From Macrostomum lignano (Eukaryota), in contig NIVC01000992.1 of assembly GCA_002269645.1 (NCBI GenBank), forward strand, positions 310,001-374,000: 64,000 nt of DNA, written 5' to 3'. Made by a program: the position numbers and the translations under genes. The first letter of the stretch is position 1, and each line of letters begins with the position of its first letter. The notes beneath the pieces were generated by a model, which made no database searches, was not told where the DNA came from, and was given only the letters and a program-made list of their open reading frames with translations. Below are positions 26,176 to 48,994 of this stretch, one piece after another.

Positions 26176-28029
26176 GGTCACCAGCTCACTAATTTGCATA
26201 CATGTAGCAGCCCGTCAGCACGTGAAATCTTATGTCAGATCAAATATTCGTCACGACTCACAACATGCACATGTATAGATGGTAGAATTAAAAAGAGCAG
26301 GCCTTCAAATATCAAAATCGTTGACGTTGAGTGTTAAACTAGCTTCGTCCCTTTGATACTATTAGAATAATTTTATGGGTATAATACCTGTTAAGTAGAA
26401 ACAGTTTCAACTTTATTTTCCTTTTTTAGTACTTGCATTTTATACCCTTATACTTATCAGCACTTATGTTCAATTGCCTTACGCTGTACATTTTACTTTT
26501 TAAGTTTGAGATTTATAGTTCATGTTTCTTTCAGAAATTTTCCTTACTTGCGGTTTTTATAACAATTAAAGGCAATATTTTAGCGTTTATATCACTATGA
26601 TCTTTAAAAAATAAGAAAGTATTTTTAATTATAATAAAATTTGTAACGAAAAACGTTAGATTTCGTTTTTTTACGCAGCAATAATATTTTTTGCACTTTT
26701 TTAACTATTAAGCTTCGGTAAATTATTTAAATTGAATATTTTTGTATTATTTCACATCATGCTCGCGCGCGCACACCATGCACGACTGATGCGACATGTC
26801 ACGTGGTGGATACCGGCTAAGGTGACGCTTAAACAGCAATTCATAAATTCATATCCGCGTTATACCTATCTGCTATATCTGCTATATATACCTATCTGCT
26901 ATATCTACATAATAATATGTATAATAATAACAATCTGTACTAACAATATACATAGGCCTAATATGTATTTATGATATCTCTACATATAAAAATCAAAACT
27001 GTCTTATCCATATTTAAATTATCTTGTATTGGGTAGTATTAAATATTAATTAGGCCTATCCCTATATAATTACTATAGCATTTGTAAACTTGTCACAAAT
27101 ATTGAATCTATCAATAATTTCTATTAATATTAATAATTGAAAAAAACTCCTAAAAGCCAAAGGTCACTAATTTAATAAATTTATTAGGCCTATCTATTTT
27201 TGTTTAAGATTGGTAGGCCTAAAGCAGTTTTAATTAGGGCCTTAAACAAAAGTAAGAAATCAAGACAATTTTTTGAAATTGTAATCAATTTTAAAGATCT
27301 AATTAATAAATAGTAAATAGCTAATGCAGTAGGCCTAGGCCTAAGTAAGTCAAAACAAAAAAAGATGAATTGAAAAAATTAGGTATAAAGAACAAGTTTA
27401 AACTTTAAAAGTCATATGGATTCTAGTTCTAGAAAATCAACATAACTTATATATATAATATATATACTAAATTTTTACGTAGGCCTACATTACTAGTTTG
27501 GGGATGGAATCTTAGCTTTAGCCTCTAGATAATAGGGTAGGGCCTAGGCCTAAGATGCAATGTCTAAACCAATTGGTAATTAAATAAAGATTATAGAAAT
27601 AGGATATATAGGCTTAGGTGCCGCGGAACAAGTTTTTGCCAAGGAGCAGGATCAAGTTCCCAAAACTCAAGCCCAGACCAGACCCTGTCTTGGACAGTGA
27701 CCAAAAATTTGAGCAAGACCTAAATTTAATGTTTTCTGCTTAGAGAAAAAGGGGTTCCGCCTTTTAGATATAGGCACAGGCATAGCAAATTCTACTTGAG
27801 TAGGCCTATAAATTTTGCATCTTTTTTTATATTTTAAAATTGCTCATTGTCATTGACTTACTCGTATAATGTATAAAAGGTTGTCTTCCTTGGGGTTTAA
27901 GATATTTGTTAACAAATTAACAATAGAATGAACAATAGGCCTAGCCTAGAATGAAAAATAAAGTTAGCTAAGTGTAATTTAATGTGCAGTGAATGGTATA
28001 TAGTTAATAGTACTCAGTAGAGTGAAAAG

Positions 28030-28406
28030 TAGAGGTCAGACGGGATCCCAATCCCGATCCCGAAATCTCGGGATCCCGAAGAAAATTTAATTCCCGCGGG
28101 ACCAGAATCCCGACCCTAAAAACTCGACATTCGGGAACAGGTCTTTTGATTAAAAATTTATAGAATTAGTGATTACTTGAAGGTATTTTGCTTTAAATTG
28201 TACTTATTATATTATTTACTTTGTTGGTTACAAAACTTCATATCAATTTCGTTGTGTTTTACTTCTTGATCTTAACAATTTTAACTTTACATGGACAATA
28301 CACTAAAAGACCTGATCCCGATTCTCAAATCCCGATCCCGATCCTGAGAAAAAAATTATTCACAATCCCGATCCCACCCAAAGATTTCAATCCCGTCCGA
28401 CCTCTA
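28030..28406. mobile_element. hAT-type MITE (377 bp) with 8-bp TSD
   Basis: TIRs TAGAGGTCAGACGGGAT and ATCCCGTCCGACCTCTA; identical GTGAAAAG at 28022-28029 and 28407-28414; subterminal ATCCCG repeats. Confidence 0.9.
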
Positions 28407-28959
28407 GTGAAAAGTAAAGTGCCACTTGTAGATTAAGGATAGCGCGGATGACATATTTTAAGGCATTTGTATATATACACTTAGATTTAAAATAGAAGTT
28501 AGCAAACTCCAGCCCACATGTGACTCGCAAAGCCTCTCTATCTAGCCTTGGGGTCCTTTGAAACTTCACAATAGCAATCCAGCCTGCTCATCTCTTTTCC
28601 TTTCCTGTCCTCTCCTCTTATCTCCTCTCCTTTCTTCTCTCTAATCTTTCCTCTCCTATTTCATGTTTCTCTCCTCTTGTCTCCTCTCCTTTATGATCTT
28701 TTGCCTTTCATTCCCTTATTTCTCTTGTCTATTCCCTCTGACCCTTTCCTCTCTCTCCTCCTCTGGCCTGCAGTCATGCACTAGATTATCTGACTGGCCC
28801 TTAATAAGATAAGTTCACCAACCCCTAGCTGATTTAGAAAAAGCAGAATTAGTATAAATGAAAAGTTAAGATTAATTTTATGATGCAAACAGTGCATTCA
28901 ATTAGATATAACTATAGCGACAACTTGTGTGTTTATAATTGCTTTCATGCTTCAGCTTG

Positions 28960-31699
28960 AACTCCAAAGATGGCGCGGCGCTCAGATGTACAATCAGTGA
29001 AGTTCCAGAAAAGAGCCAGAAAATCCAAGCCCTTTACAACGTCTATGCATGTGACTTACTGATATATCAGAGTCATTGCTGTGTCATTGTTGACTGCATC
29101 CAAGTCGTAACTCTACGAAGAGCACTAAATGTCCTCTCAACTGCTGCTACTGAATAAGGCAGAGACAAGATTAGCTTGAGAAGCTTCACCAATTGAGGAA
29201 TGAATTCCAAAGCTGACAGGCTGGTGGTTCAAAAAATAGCAACAACATCGCTGAAGCTCTCAACCTGCTGTTGTCTTATCTGCCATACAATGATTGGAAG
29301 CAATGAATAAAGCTCAGAATGGAGGTCATTGAGACAAAAGTCTTCCAAGTAGACTTGCAAATTGTTAGCATTGGCCAGAATTCCCCCATTAGGATCAGAA
29401 TAATTGCATTTTGCAGCTTACAGAAGGAGGGTTTCCATCTGCCTTGCAATCCTAATTCCAGGCTGTTTGAACCTAAAACCAAATATTTGGTTGAATAGTT
29501 ACAATTTTACAAAAGTAAATTTCAGATTTTACAGATCTCATTAGCAATAGCAAAATTTGAGCAGCATTACAAGTACATCTAGTACATCTTTAGGCATACA
29601 TTTGATTCGTAGTCTATCCATTAAAAAATTCTCTTCAACTGACTAAGATCAACTATATATAACTACTGCCAAGCAACAAATTATATACTTATACATGTTA
29701 ATTCAAGCTACTGTAACTCACCGATCATTGATGCATTGCAATAGCCTGTCAACAGCGGCAAAGAATTCCACTCAAAGTGCCTCCTCTGGCAAAAAGTTAT
29801 ACTGCATTTTTTGATTGCTATCTATCCTAGAGGACAAACTTCTGGGCCTACTAGTGCTCGGCGTGATTCCTTTTTGTTTGGCATCTTGCTGGAATTCATT
29901 CTAGGAAGCATGATAGGTCTCATATTCTTGCATAGCAGCCACTAGAGCAGTCAAAGTGTCAAGACCAGTTGTTATATTCATTGCTGCAGAGTTGGAACCT
30001 TGCAGCATTGTCGCAAACTTTTCCGCTCCTTTGAAGAGAGCAATGGAGGCATGAATACCAAAGAAGACTCAATGCTTCTGCATGTCTTTCAACAGGCCTC
30101 TTGCTTTGGCCTGGACATCTGGCGTGAATGACTTATCTTCAATTATTGACTCAATGGAGTACTTGAGCACTTGCCAGTTTTGCAACCAGCATTTGAGTGC
30201 ATGCACTTGCACTGTCCATCAAGTAGGGCAAAACAAAAGAATTTTCAAGAAGCTGTTACTTTCATTTGACTTAGCTGAGTCCTTATATTCAATTTGCAGT
30301 GCTGCCTTAACATCAAAATAAATGCTGTCTTTTTCCCAACTCACAGATGAAGTTGGCCATGCACTTTATATGCTCTTAAGTATCATAGATCACTTGCTCC
30401 TCTTTGCAGGCCTCTTGGATGCTCAGATCTAGGGCATGGTTGGCACAATGATAATAGAGTGCACTTGGGTGCTTTTCCTGCAAAATAGCTCGTGTACCTT
30501 TAATTGCTCCTGTTGGCTCCATCAAACCCAAATCTACGACAATTTCCTAGGTTGATTTGCAGACAAATATAGACATCCATCAGTGCATTGGCCATAGTAG
30601 TAACCTTTTGCATTGGGTAGGTAGTAGAACCTAACAAATGTGTTATAAACAGTTAAGCTATCATCAACAGCATGGAAAATGATGCTTAGTTATTCAGAGC
30701 CATTAATATCCTGGGTTGAATCAGCGAGAACAGAAAAAAACTTGCTCTTTGAATATTGGTCATCATTACCTTTGCAACAGCGCTTGCAATAATAGATATT
30801 ATCTCATTCTGCATATTGTGTGATAGCCAATTGTCATGACAAATAAGCCAACTTTTTAATGCAGGTATTTCCTTTGATCGCAAATGTAGAAATTCTATGT
30901 AATTTCCATTGCTGGACTCATGGGCCTAGAATGCTAGACCCTGTGAAAGCAGAAAGCCAGCAGTGTCAAACATTGTCTGCAATGCCACAGTGTTACTCTT
31001 GCTGAGCATGGTGGCATGTCTGAAGCTGCTCACAAATCAACGCATCTCTTTGACCCAAGAGCAATCTCGCAGCCTGTCGGTGTTGTTCACTTCTTTCATG
31101 CAACCAAAGCTTTTCTGGCTTTTTCTAGTTGAGAAGCCATCAATAAAAGGCATATCAACTTTTGTACCTAGCAGAAACAAGCCTCTTTTGTAAGCAGTCA
31201 GGCAAGAAAAGCATTGCACACTATCATTTGATGTAACATAGTGCATCCAAGGGTGCTTTTCAAACCAGGATAGTTGAAAGCTTCTTGATGAGCCACTTAT
31301 GGTTTTGGTTGGAAAAACAAATTGCTTTGGTTGAAAAGGCTGTTCAGGCAAAGATGTACAGCTGCCTTTTGTATCTGTCTGTTGCAATTGTGTGACAGTG
31401 TCAGTAGTATAAGATTTGTTACTCACTGATGGTGTTGCATCTGGAAGCATTGTTAGAACTAGTTCAGGAAGCTCATTGAATACCTGCTGATTTGCTGTAG
31501 ACTTGGAATTTTCAGCTATTGATGCCAAAGCATTGTCATTGACTAGATTGGTCCCTGCAGTCCCAGCCCTAGAAATACATGTAGACACAGAAGTGTCAGT
31601 GGCTGATGCAGAGCTAGTAGTACTTGGAAAAAAACATAGTCTTGTCTGCTTGAATTGCTTGCTTGGCATTGGATTGCTCATAGTAGTATTATTTATCAA
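28960..31699 (-). pseudogene. Decayed hAT transposase (ZMYM1/DUF4371-like)
   Basis: TTF-type zinc finger (FQLSWFEKHPWMHYVTSNDSVQCFSC) in ORF 31037-31699, WLSHNMQNEII in 30686-30883, and hAT dimerisation motif PQLVKLLKLILSLPYSVAAVERTFSALRRVTTWMQSTM near 29080-29200; many stops and frameshifts. Confidence 0.85.
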
Positions 31700-32844
31700 T
31701 TAGTCATCCACATATATTATTGTAGATAATATATTGAAAATTTATTAAAATATTAATTTTAATAAAGATAATTTATTAAAAAAGTAATATCCAGTGTTGG
31801 GCACCGTTAATGAAAATCTTAACTTCCGTTAATAGCATAAGCGTTAGCATTAAAACAAAAAAATCTTAACTTTTTAACTCCTAATTTCGTTAGGTTAACT
31901 GAAAGTTAACTGATAATTGTTAATAAGCGTTAATCCATTAAAGTTAACACAGAAAATATGGAAATCTTGCACATTTTTTCCAAAACAGACTTTGTATTGC
32001 ACGTCTTTGCTATTCCATCTTTTTAGCAAAACACAGAGGTCATCTAAGCAATTTGAAAGCTAAAAAAGTAATAAATAATCATTTTAAAAACTTGCATGCA
32101 TAATACTACTAAAAGTAAAGCATATGGTAAAAAAGTAACTTATTTTATTTGAAACTTAAAAGCTAATAGTGAGAAATTCATAATTAAATACGCATAGGAA
32201 GGTTGTTTCAGTACCAGGGTCGTTCTCAAAACTTCGGTTCAATGTAGTATAACAAATCTTAGCAATTTATTAGAATATTGCACTGTCCTGCAACTTTTTA
32301 GGAAATAATTGTTAACAAAAATAAATAGAACCAAAGGTTTTATACGGGAAAAATCTAATAAAGAAGCTGTTATCAGCTCCAATATGCCAAATTAAAGTTA
32401 TCGCGCTGTCAAATCATACGTTTTTGTGAATGAAGCCAATCAAGTTTTTGCAAAAAGAGTCAATTTTCTTAGCCACAGCAAAAAATTTTGCAGCAATTGT
32501 ATTTTTAAGAAGTAATGCACATCCTAAATATCCATTTGGTTCTTTTTCACTGCTTAAGTTGGCTAAATAACATTAAAAATTACGAATTTGTAAATTTTCA
32601 AATTCAGACAGCATGCAATAAACCGGTTGATAAATTAATGGAAACGAATCTTCATTGAAAATATTTTTATTAGTGAAAGCATTAGTTCAAACATTTATGC
32701 TTTCAGCCTTATTTAAAGTATAGTCTAGTGTTTAGAAAGCCTTTCATTAAAAAGTATTTTGATAATTCACAAAAAATATCCACTATTAGAGAGCACAGTT
32801 TTCATTCTATAAGTGCACTATAACTCAGACCTCGAAAATCATTT

Positions 32845-33780
32845 GAAAGCAAAACTTCACACACATAAGGCACCCATCCTGAGGTGGTGCAAAAGTAATA
32901 ATTTTCAAAAATTTGAATAACTGTATGGGTATAGTAAGCAATAATGTCAATATTTAAGCATTTTTTTCTTAAATTTAGTCTATAAGTGCAATATAACTCA
33001 GACTTGGAAAAACAAAACAAGACAAAACTTCACACACATAAAGCATCCATCCTAAGGTGGTGCAGAAATCCACATTTTCTAAAATTTGAATAATTGTATG
33101 GGTATAGTAAGCAATAATGTCAATATTTAAGCATTTTTGCATAAATTTAGTCTATAAGTGCAGTATAACTCAGACTTGGACAAACAAAACAAGACAAAAC
33201 TTCACACACATAAAGCATCCATCCTAAGGTGGTGCAGAAATCCACATTTTCTAAAATTTGAATAATTGTATGGGTATAGTAAGCAATAATGTCAATATTT
33301 AAGCATTTTTGCATAAATTTAGTCTATAAGTGCAGTATAACTCAGACTTGGACAAACAAAACAAGACAAAACTTCACACACATAAAGCATCCATCCTAAG
33401 GTGGTGCAAAAATCCACATTTTCTAAAATTTGAATAATTGTATGGGTATAGTAAGCAATAATGTCAATATTTAAGCATTTTTGCATAAATTTAGTCTATA
33501 AGTGCAGTATATCTCAGACTTGGACAAACAAATCAAGACAAATCTTCACATACATAAAGCAGCCATCATAAGGTGGTGCAAAAGTTATACTGTTTTAAAT
33601 TGTGAATAAGTATCTGGGTAATAATAAGCAATAATGTCAATATTTAGGCTTTTTTTATTAATTTTGTCTATAAGTGCAGTATAACTCAGGCTTGGAGAAC
33701 TAAATCAAGACAAAACTTCACACACAAAGAACCCACCCTAAGGTGGTGCAAAATCTATAATATTTTGTATTTTTTAAGAT
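32845..33780. repeat. 172-bp tandem repeat, about 5.5 copies, inside the hAT element
   Basis: AAGACAAA recurs at 33019, 33191, 33363 and 33535 (period 172). Confidence 0.92.
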
Positions 33781-34029
33781 GCAATTGTGTATAAGAAGTA
33801 TAACTAATATCATTATTTAGGGATTTTTTAGATTTTTCAATGTGAAAAAAGTCAGATTGTACAACTCTTTTAACAACAGGACTTCTCTCGCATAAAGTAG
33901 CTAATCTTGAAGCTTTAAATTCAAAATGATTTCTGTTTCCATTTAAGTTTCTATTATGTTGGTGTTCTTTAATAAACTATCTGTGCACATTATGTGATTT
34001 GTTATCTTTTTAAGTAGCCTCTGTAAATA

Positions 34030-34221
34030 TATTGTGACGCTATAGATTTCGCGCGACTGGATTTCACGTGAATGGATTTCGCGTGACTGGATTTCACACG
34101 ACTGAATTTAAATACATTTACAACAACAAATACTTCCATCTAAACCTTCTAGTCTAACTCGAATCCAGTCGCGCGAAATCCAGTTGCTCGTAATCCAGTC
34201 CCGCAATTTCTAGTGCCCAAT
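34030..34221. mobile_element. Small foldback/MITE nested in the hAT element
   Basis: GATTTCGCGCGACTGGATT repeats mirrored by AATCCAGTCGCGCGAAATC. Confidence 0.5.
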
Positions 34222-37200
34222 ATATTTTAAAACTCATTCAATGATGATCTCCAGCAGGAAATAGAAGGAAAATAGGAGAGAAAATCAGGCAACCAGCACT
34301 TTCAGATAAGAATATGGGGGATCCCGCACGATTTAAGCTAGAGGCGGCAAGCCTGCGGACCAAATAAGGCCCTCAAAGCCCTCGGGTTCTTTAAAACTTC
34401 ACAATAGAAATCCGGCCCGCTCAAGTTTTGTGTCTCTTTTCAGCTCTCTTCTCTCCTCTCTTCTTCTCTCCTCTCCTTTCCTCTCACCTCTCTCTCCTCT
34501 CCTCTCCTCTCTCCCCTTCTCTCCCTTCTCTCTTCGCCTCTCCTCTCGTCTTCTCTCCTCTCCCTTTTCTCTCTTCTCCTCTTCTCTCCTTTCCTCCTCT
34601 CTCTTTTTTTCTTCTTTCTTCTCTTCTCTCTCCTCTCCTAATTCATTTCTCTTCTCTTCACCTCTCTTCTCCTTTATTCCCTTGCCTCTGCTTTCTCTCA
34701 GCATTGCGTGCAACATTGTGTGCAGCATTCTGCTCGTTCAATGGAAGAGAAATGACTTGAAATAATTTTATACACAATCGGTGGATGATGATGTGGAGCA
34801 GCTTCTCCCAGATTACAGTCCAGTTCTGCAAGATTTTATATAAACCAGACCTAAGCTCTGAGCTAAGAACGGAAAACTGTAGATTGAGATTGACTATCTG
34901 CAAAATGGATTTATATGGTGCCAGTAATGTAAGTTCCCCATTATTCTGACACATGAAAAACTACGATTACTCCTAATGCACAACTGCAATGAAATTGCCA
35001 TATTGTCGCTTCTAAATGTATATATTTCTCATAAAATATGCCACATTATGAATTCACCAACCATGTTGGTAATTTTGGCATTAAATTTAATCTTAGAAGC
35101 ATTGTGATCATTTTTAATTCAAATTTTAATCAGTATTGGTGCTTCTTATTGAGCATATAAATGTATCTGAAATACAATTTGAAAATTCTGGTTGAGGCAA
35201 TTTTTGACACGCGAATTTTTTCAGTTTTCAGCCTTTTATTATACAAAATTACAAACTTTACAAATACATTACAATTGGTTTTTAATTGAGTTTCTCATTC
35301 AATTTTACCTAATTTAAATCGAAATTGCTACTTACCAAATTGATACCTGCAATAAGATATATTTAAAAAGAGCATAATATATCATATTGAAAGTCAGTAT
35401 GAGAGTTGAGGTATAAGTGTTTTAATTTTTCCTCAATTTTCCATATAAATCTGGCTGCAATATCAGTAATAAATATTTATATCCTGAGAAACCTTATATT
35501 GCTTAGAAATGAAAATTTATATTTAGATTGCTTGTTTCAGCAACCAGTAATGATAAGCTATTTATTTAAACGATGTAACCCTATGGATTCTTTCAGTAAA
35601 TTCAATTCAGTTAATTGAGTTCCCGTATTGATTTATTAGTTATGATAATGATTATTATGACAGTTAAGATATTTTATTTCTACTTTCAAAGAAATAGAAG
35701 AAAGAAGAAGAAAGCAAGAAACAAATAAGCAAGCACAAAGAAAATCTACGGACTAATAGCTTAAATTTTTTATACATCGCGTAGCCGTAGTGTGGTAGTA
35801 GCGTTGTAGCTGATGTCAATTTAATACATTCTCCGTTTAGGAAGTCAAAATCATTCGGTGTAATCAAAATTTAACATATTAACAAATACACAGTCCCATT
35901 TAATCAAAAAAGACATTAGTTAAATGCTAGTTTAGTCGTGCTATATCTTTATGTTTTTAAGTAAAAATATTTTCTCTAAATATTATATTTAGCATATAAA
36001 AATTAGTCTCGTAATTTTCTGACGGTGCAAATAAACAAATCAGTTTCTGATTGTAAAATAAAGTGTTTTCTCTGCGTTTATACATGTTTTCGCAATATAT
36101 CATCATCTCTCTTGTGTTTAACATCGCTGGTTAACTGATTCCTTTAGAAAAATATTATTTTCACTACTGTGTCCCAAGTTCTGAGAACAACCCACCATTA
36201 GCAGGTGTAGCAGAAAGTTGCAAAAGATTGAGACAGAATTAAATCAAAGTGATCGATGCTCATGCGCAAGAAATAGTTTCATACTTTTAATTCATTATTT
36301 TAAAGTTTATTTGTAAGAAGTTTTTAATTACATGTACGTCTGTATGATCATCATAATAAATAAAGAGATTATATTTAGGCATATAGGTAAGCTCAAATAC
36401 GTTCGTAATGTTTAAACTTCTTGTAAGACTTCTATTTTTCATTCCTTCTTTGCGTCTTTGGTCATTGACATAGACACTACCATTAACAATGAATTTATTG
36501 TTAATTCACAAAATTTTTAACACAAATTCGTTAATCTGTTAGTTCAAAAAAATCTTAATGACAGTCTGTTAACATTAATGAAAAATCTTAATGCTTATTA
36601 ATGCTTATTAATGGATTAACGCTTATTAATGGACTGGTGCCTAACACTGGTAATATCTACAAACTACTTGGCCAGAAGTTTTATAGCGATCAAACTCAGT
36701 TTGCTATAGCTAGTTGCTGTAATGTAATGCTAAAGAATTAAAAATAGAATTTGATGTATTAGTGGGAACTGGATATTGAGGCATTAATTATATTAGCTCT
36801 ACAGCTCTAGATAAATCTTTAACAACAAAGAGGCCTTTCTTTAAATGTACATACTGTGTAGGTTCAGAAATCAGGAAATAAAAACACCAACCCCCCGTCG
36901 TGTGACCAGTACAAGTGTATTTCTGCTTGCATCCCAGAACCCACATGCCACCCCAAAAACGTTCTACTTATCAGAGCCCAGCCCCAGCTAGCAAATCAGA
37001 GCCAGAGGGAGGTAGGCATCTGGCGCTTGTACAGTTTAAGGTACAAAGTTTGGGCTTCTATGAATGAGACCCCCTGGCCCCAGCATGGCTCTGCCCTACC
37101 CTGTCTTGCGTGCTGCTGCATGATATAGACTCAAGTTCAGTAAATTTAAACAATTTTAAATATAAGAAAAATCTTGCTGTTGAATGGTATTTGAGGGGGG

Positions 37201-39877
37201 CAATGTCCCCCAACTCAATGTCAAAGGGGGCAGCTGCCCCTCTGCCCCCCCCCCTATTACAAAATCCTCATAGATAGGAAAAGGGAATTTAAAGTAATTT
37301 TTGGCCTAGTCCATACTCCATAGGCCTTGGGAATGTCAGTTAATATAATATCATATATTTATATTTTGGTTCTTTTTATTTGTCAAGTTTGAGAACTTAT
37401 TGTTTTTTTCTTTTCCAATTTTTTGTCTTCTTTCCTCTTAGCCTTCTTTCTCCTTTGTTGCTCTATTTAATACTTTTCTATTATAGAGCTATGTACTGTA
37501 AGCCTCATTGAGATCTTTAATTATCCTAGATCCTCATGCTTCTTATATAGCATTTTTATTTTTATTTAAAAATAAAAATCTTTCTTACTAGGATTTGAAA
37601 TAAAAAATGGTCTACCTTTAATCTTTGATTTGCCAAGTGGTCACCTTTATCACAATATATTAAATCTCTGAAGGTTTGTTTGTCCGATATTTCAGTCTAT
37701 AGCTAAAATAGTGCTTAGTGATTAAAGGAACAACATAGAAGAACCAAAATAATTAGCAAAAAAACTTTATTATACTCAAAGAAAACTAGCATGCAATGGT
37801 TATTGTTACTTTAATTATAGTGGTGCGTAACTTTAGGCATCGACTACCTTGTGCACTGTTTTGGCATTGACTACCTTAATAGTTTTACTCATGTCAAAAT
37901 TCCTTGCCTCTTACCTATTCCTTTTAATACATTATGCTAAACTTTTTATTTCTGTTGTCATAGCCATAAGAACAGCTAGCTACCATAGGCATATCTATAG
38001 CTGCCGTAGGCATCTATTTTACCATATTTGCCATAGGATCCTATAGCCATAGCTATGGCTACAGTGGAACACTATTATGCAATATATATTTTATTTTATA
38101 TAAGGCCTTTATTTAGTAGGAAAAGATAAATTTTAGTTATATAGATTAAATAATAAAACTTATTTTATTATATTCACTAAGTATGTTGAATATTTATTAA
38201 AATATTATATTATCTAGGTTTTTAGCCAATAGTTTATAGAACTTTGACAAAAACTTTTATATGTCTTCTTTATAAAAGGTTGCTAGCTATTCTTGAATAT
38301 ACTATACTTTACTTTCAAAACCAAAGTGCAAGTAGCTCTTTCCTTTTGTAAAAGTCCTTAGAAGGTGTGAGACATTATATGGTAGCTCTTTACATGCATC
38401 TACCAAAATGGCTAGTTCAGTGGGATCTTTTATATAGCATACTTGTATGCTAGGGGTTAACTTCTAGTCTAGATTAACTAACTTCTAGTTAACTTCTAGT
38501 ATATTGGTCTATTGGTATATGTACTTCATGTATTCCCAATCCTGGGCATTACTGAGATCAGAGGGTCACAGCCTCCGGTTATTCTTACATGTATCGATGT
38601 ATCAATTTATGATCTACTTCATATTCTTTTAATACTTCCACTTTTCAGTATGTGATCTATTTACTGTATGTGTTCTCTGCCACTTCACTTCTCTTTTGGA
38701 AATGAATAACTCGGAAAACAATCTTCAATAATGTTTACTAGGAACTCTTACTATTTGATACTGGCTTTCTTTCTTAAGGAACCGCGATGTATGAGGTTAG
38801 TCTCTCCTACACTGAAAACGCTTCTATTTATACTAAAATTTACTGCTAGTTAAAACAAAAATTAGTTTGCATAAAATATTATTAAAAATACATGTATTAT
38901 AACAAATGTGTTTTCCTAGATTTGGCATGCATTCGAAATGAGTTATACAATTATCAATTTTATAAAAGAATTAGGGAGGGGCCCTGCACACTTGTTTCTT
39001 ATTGTTGGTAATGATAATGATATTTGTAATGAGACTTGGAAAATATTTAAAGTAGATATTTCAACTTAATAATAACTAGTGGTTTTTAACAACTAATAAG
39101 GTGTCAGTTTTTTTAGGCATGGAGGCACAAGTATTGGGTTTTTTTATCTTTATTAGTAGCATGCAGGCTCTATTGAATGTTGCTATAAGGCAGTAGTAGC
39201 CAACAACTTGTATACATGGAAAACTAGGTTAGACATAGTCAATAATATTTTGCTATTTAGTCAAATTTCTAGACCCTTTTGGCAGTATTTGTATAATATT
39301 TCTGCATCCCTTTGATTTACGAGACTACTAGGTTTTTTAGGATATTGATACAATTTTGTACCTTGGGTCAAATTTTAAAGTATGATTGTGAATATTTAAG
39401 TAATAGACCTATATTTGTAAATAATATCTAGGATAAGATTACAAGGTTGGTATAAGTCTATACTTTTGGATACTGTTTGCACAAAAAATGTAGCTTACCA
39501 AAGGTATTCATAATGCACCTGGTATCAACTGTTGTTGGCTCGTTTGTGCATTGGTATAATCTAATTTAGTTCTTTGGTGCCTTCAGAAATCAAATTATAA
39601 ATAGTAAATACCATATTTCTTCCCTGTCTTTCTATTGCTGAGCCTCTCTGACCCATAGAAATTAGAGAATTCTACAGACTCCATGTTTACAGATTTCTCA
39701 TATTTGAGAATTGATAGAAGCTTAAGAAAGTCTAAATAATCTAATGAATCTGAATATTTATAAATTTAACAATAACCCATTCAAACTTCAGTCTACAGCA
39801 CTGGAGAACTAGTCATACTACTATCAGAAATGCAGTCGCTTCGATAAATTTACACGTTTAAACCCAGCAACAAGAGC

Positions 39878-48911
<9,034 letters not shown>

Positions 48912-48994
48912 GACACTTATAAATAAACTCATTAATGGGAACAACTCATCCTTGTTTTCTTAGGGATATTTGGCCATCTGTTAAAATATCCCAC

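Larger units (their letters stand above)
31792..36649. mobile_element. 4858-bp non-autonomous hAT element with 8-bp TSD
   Basis: TIRs CAGTGTTGGGCACC and GGTGCCTAACACTG; GTAATATC duplicated at 31784-31791 and 36650-36657; mirrored subterminal TAATAAGCGTTAA repeats; no long ORF inside. Confidence 0.9.

Noticed and set aside
27614-37262. Outer TIRs for the decayed hAT transposase (TAGGTGCCGCGGAAC near 27615; G/C-run motif near 37230)
   Set aside because: The two ends are not reverse complements and no TSD was found.
37800-39700. AT-rich stretch that may be a heavily decayed Ty3/Gypsy pol on the minus strand
   Set aside because: Only faint resemblance in a few short translated patches with many stops; not supportable without a profile search.
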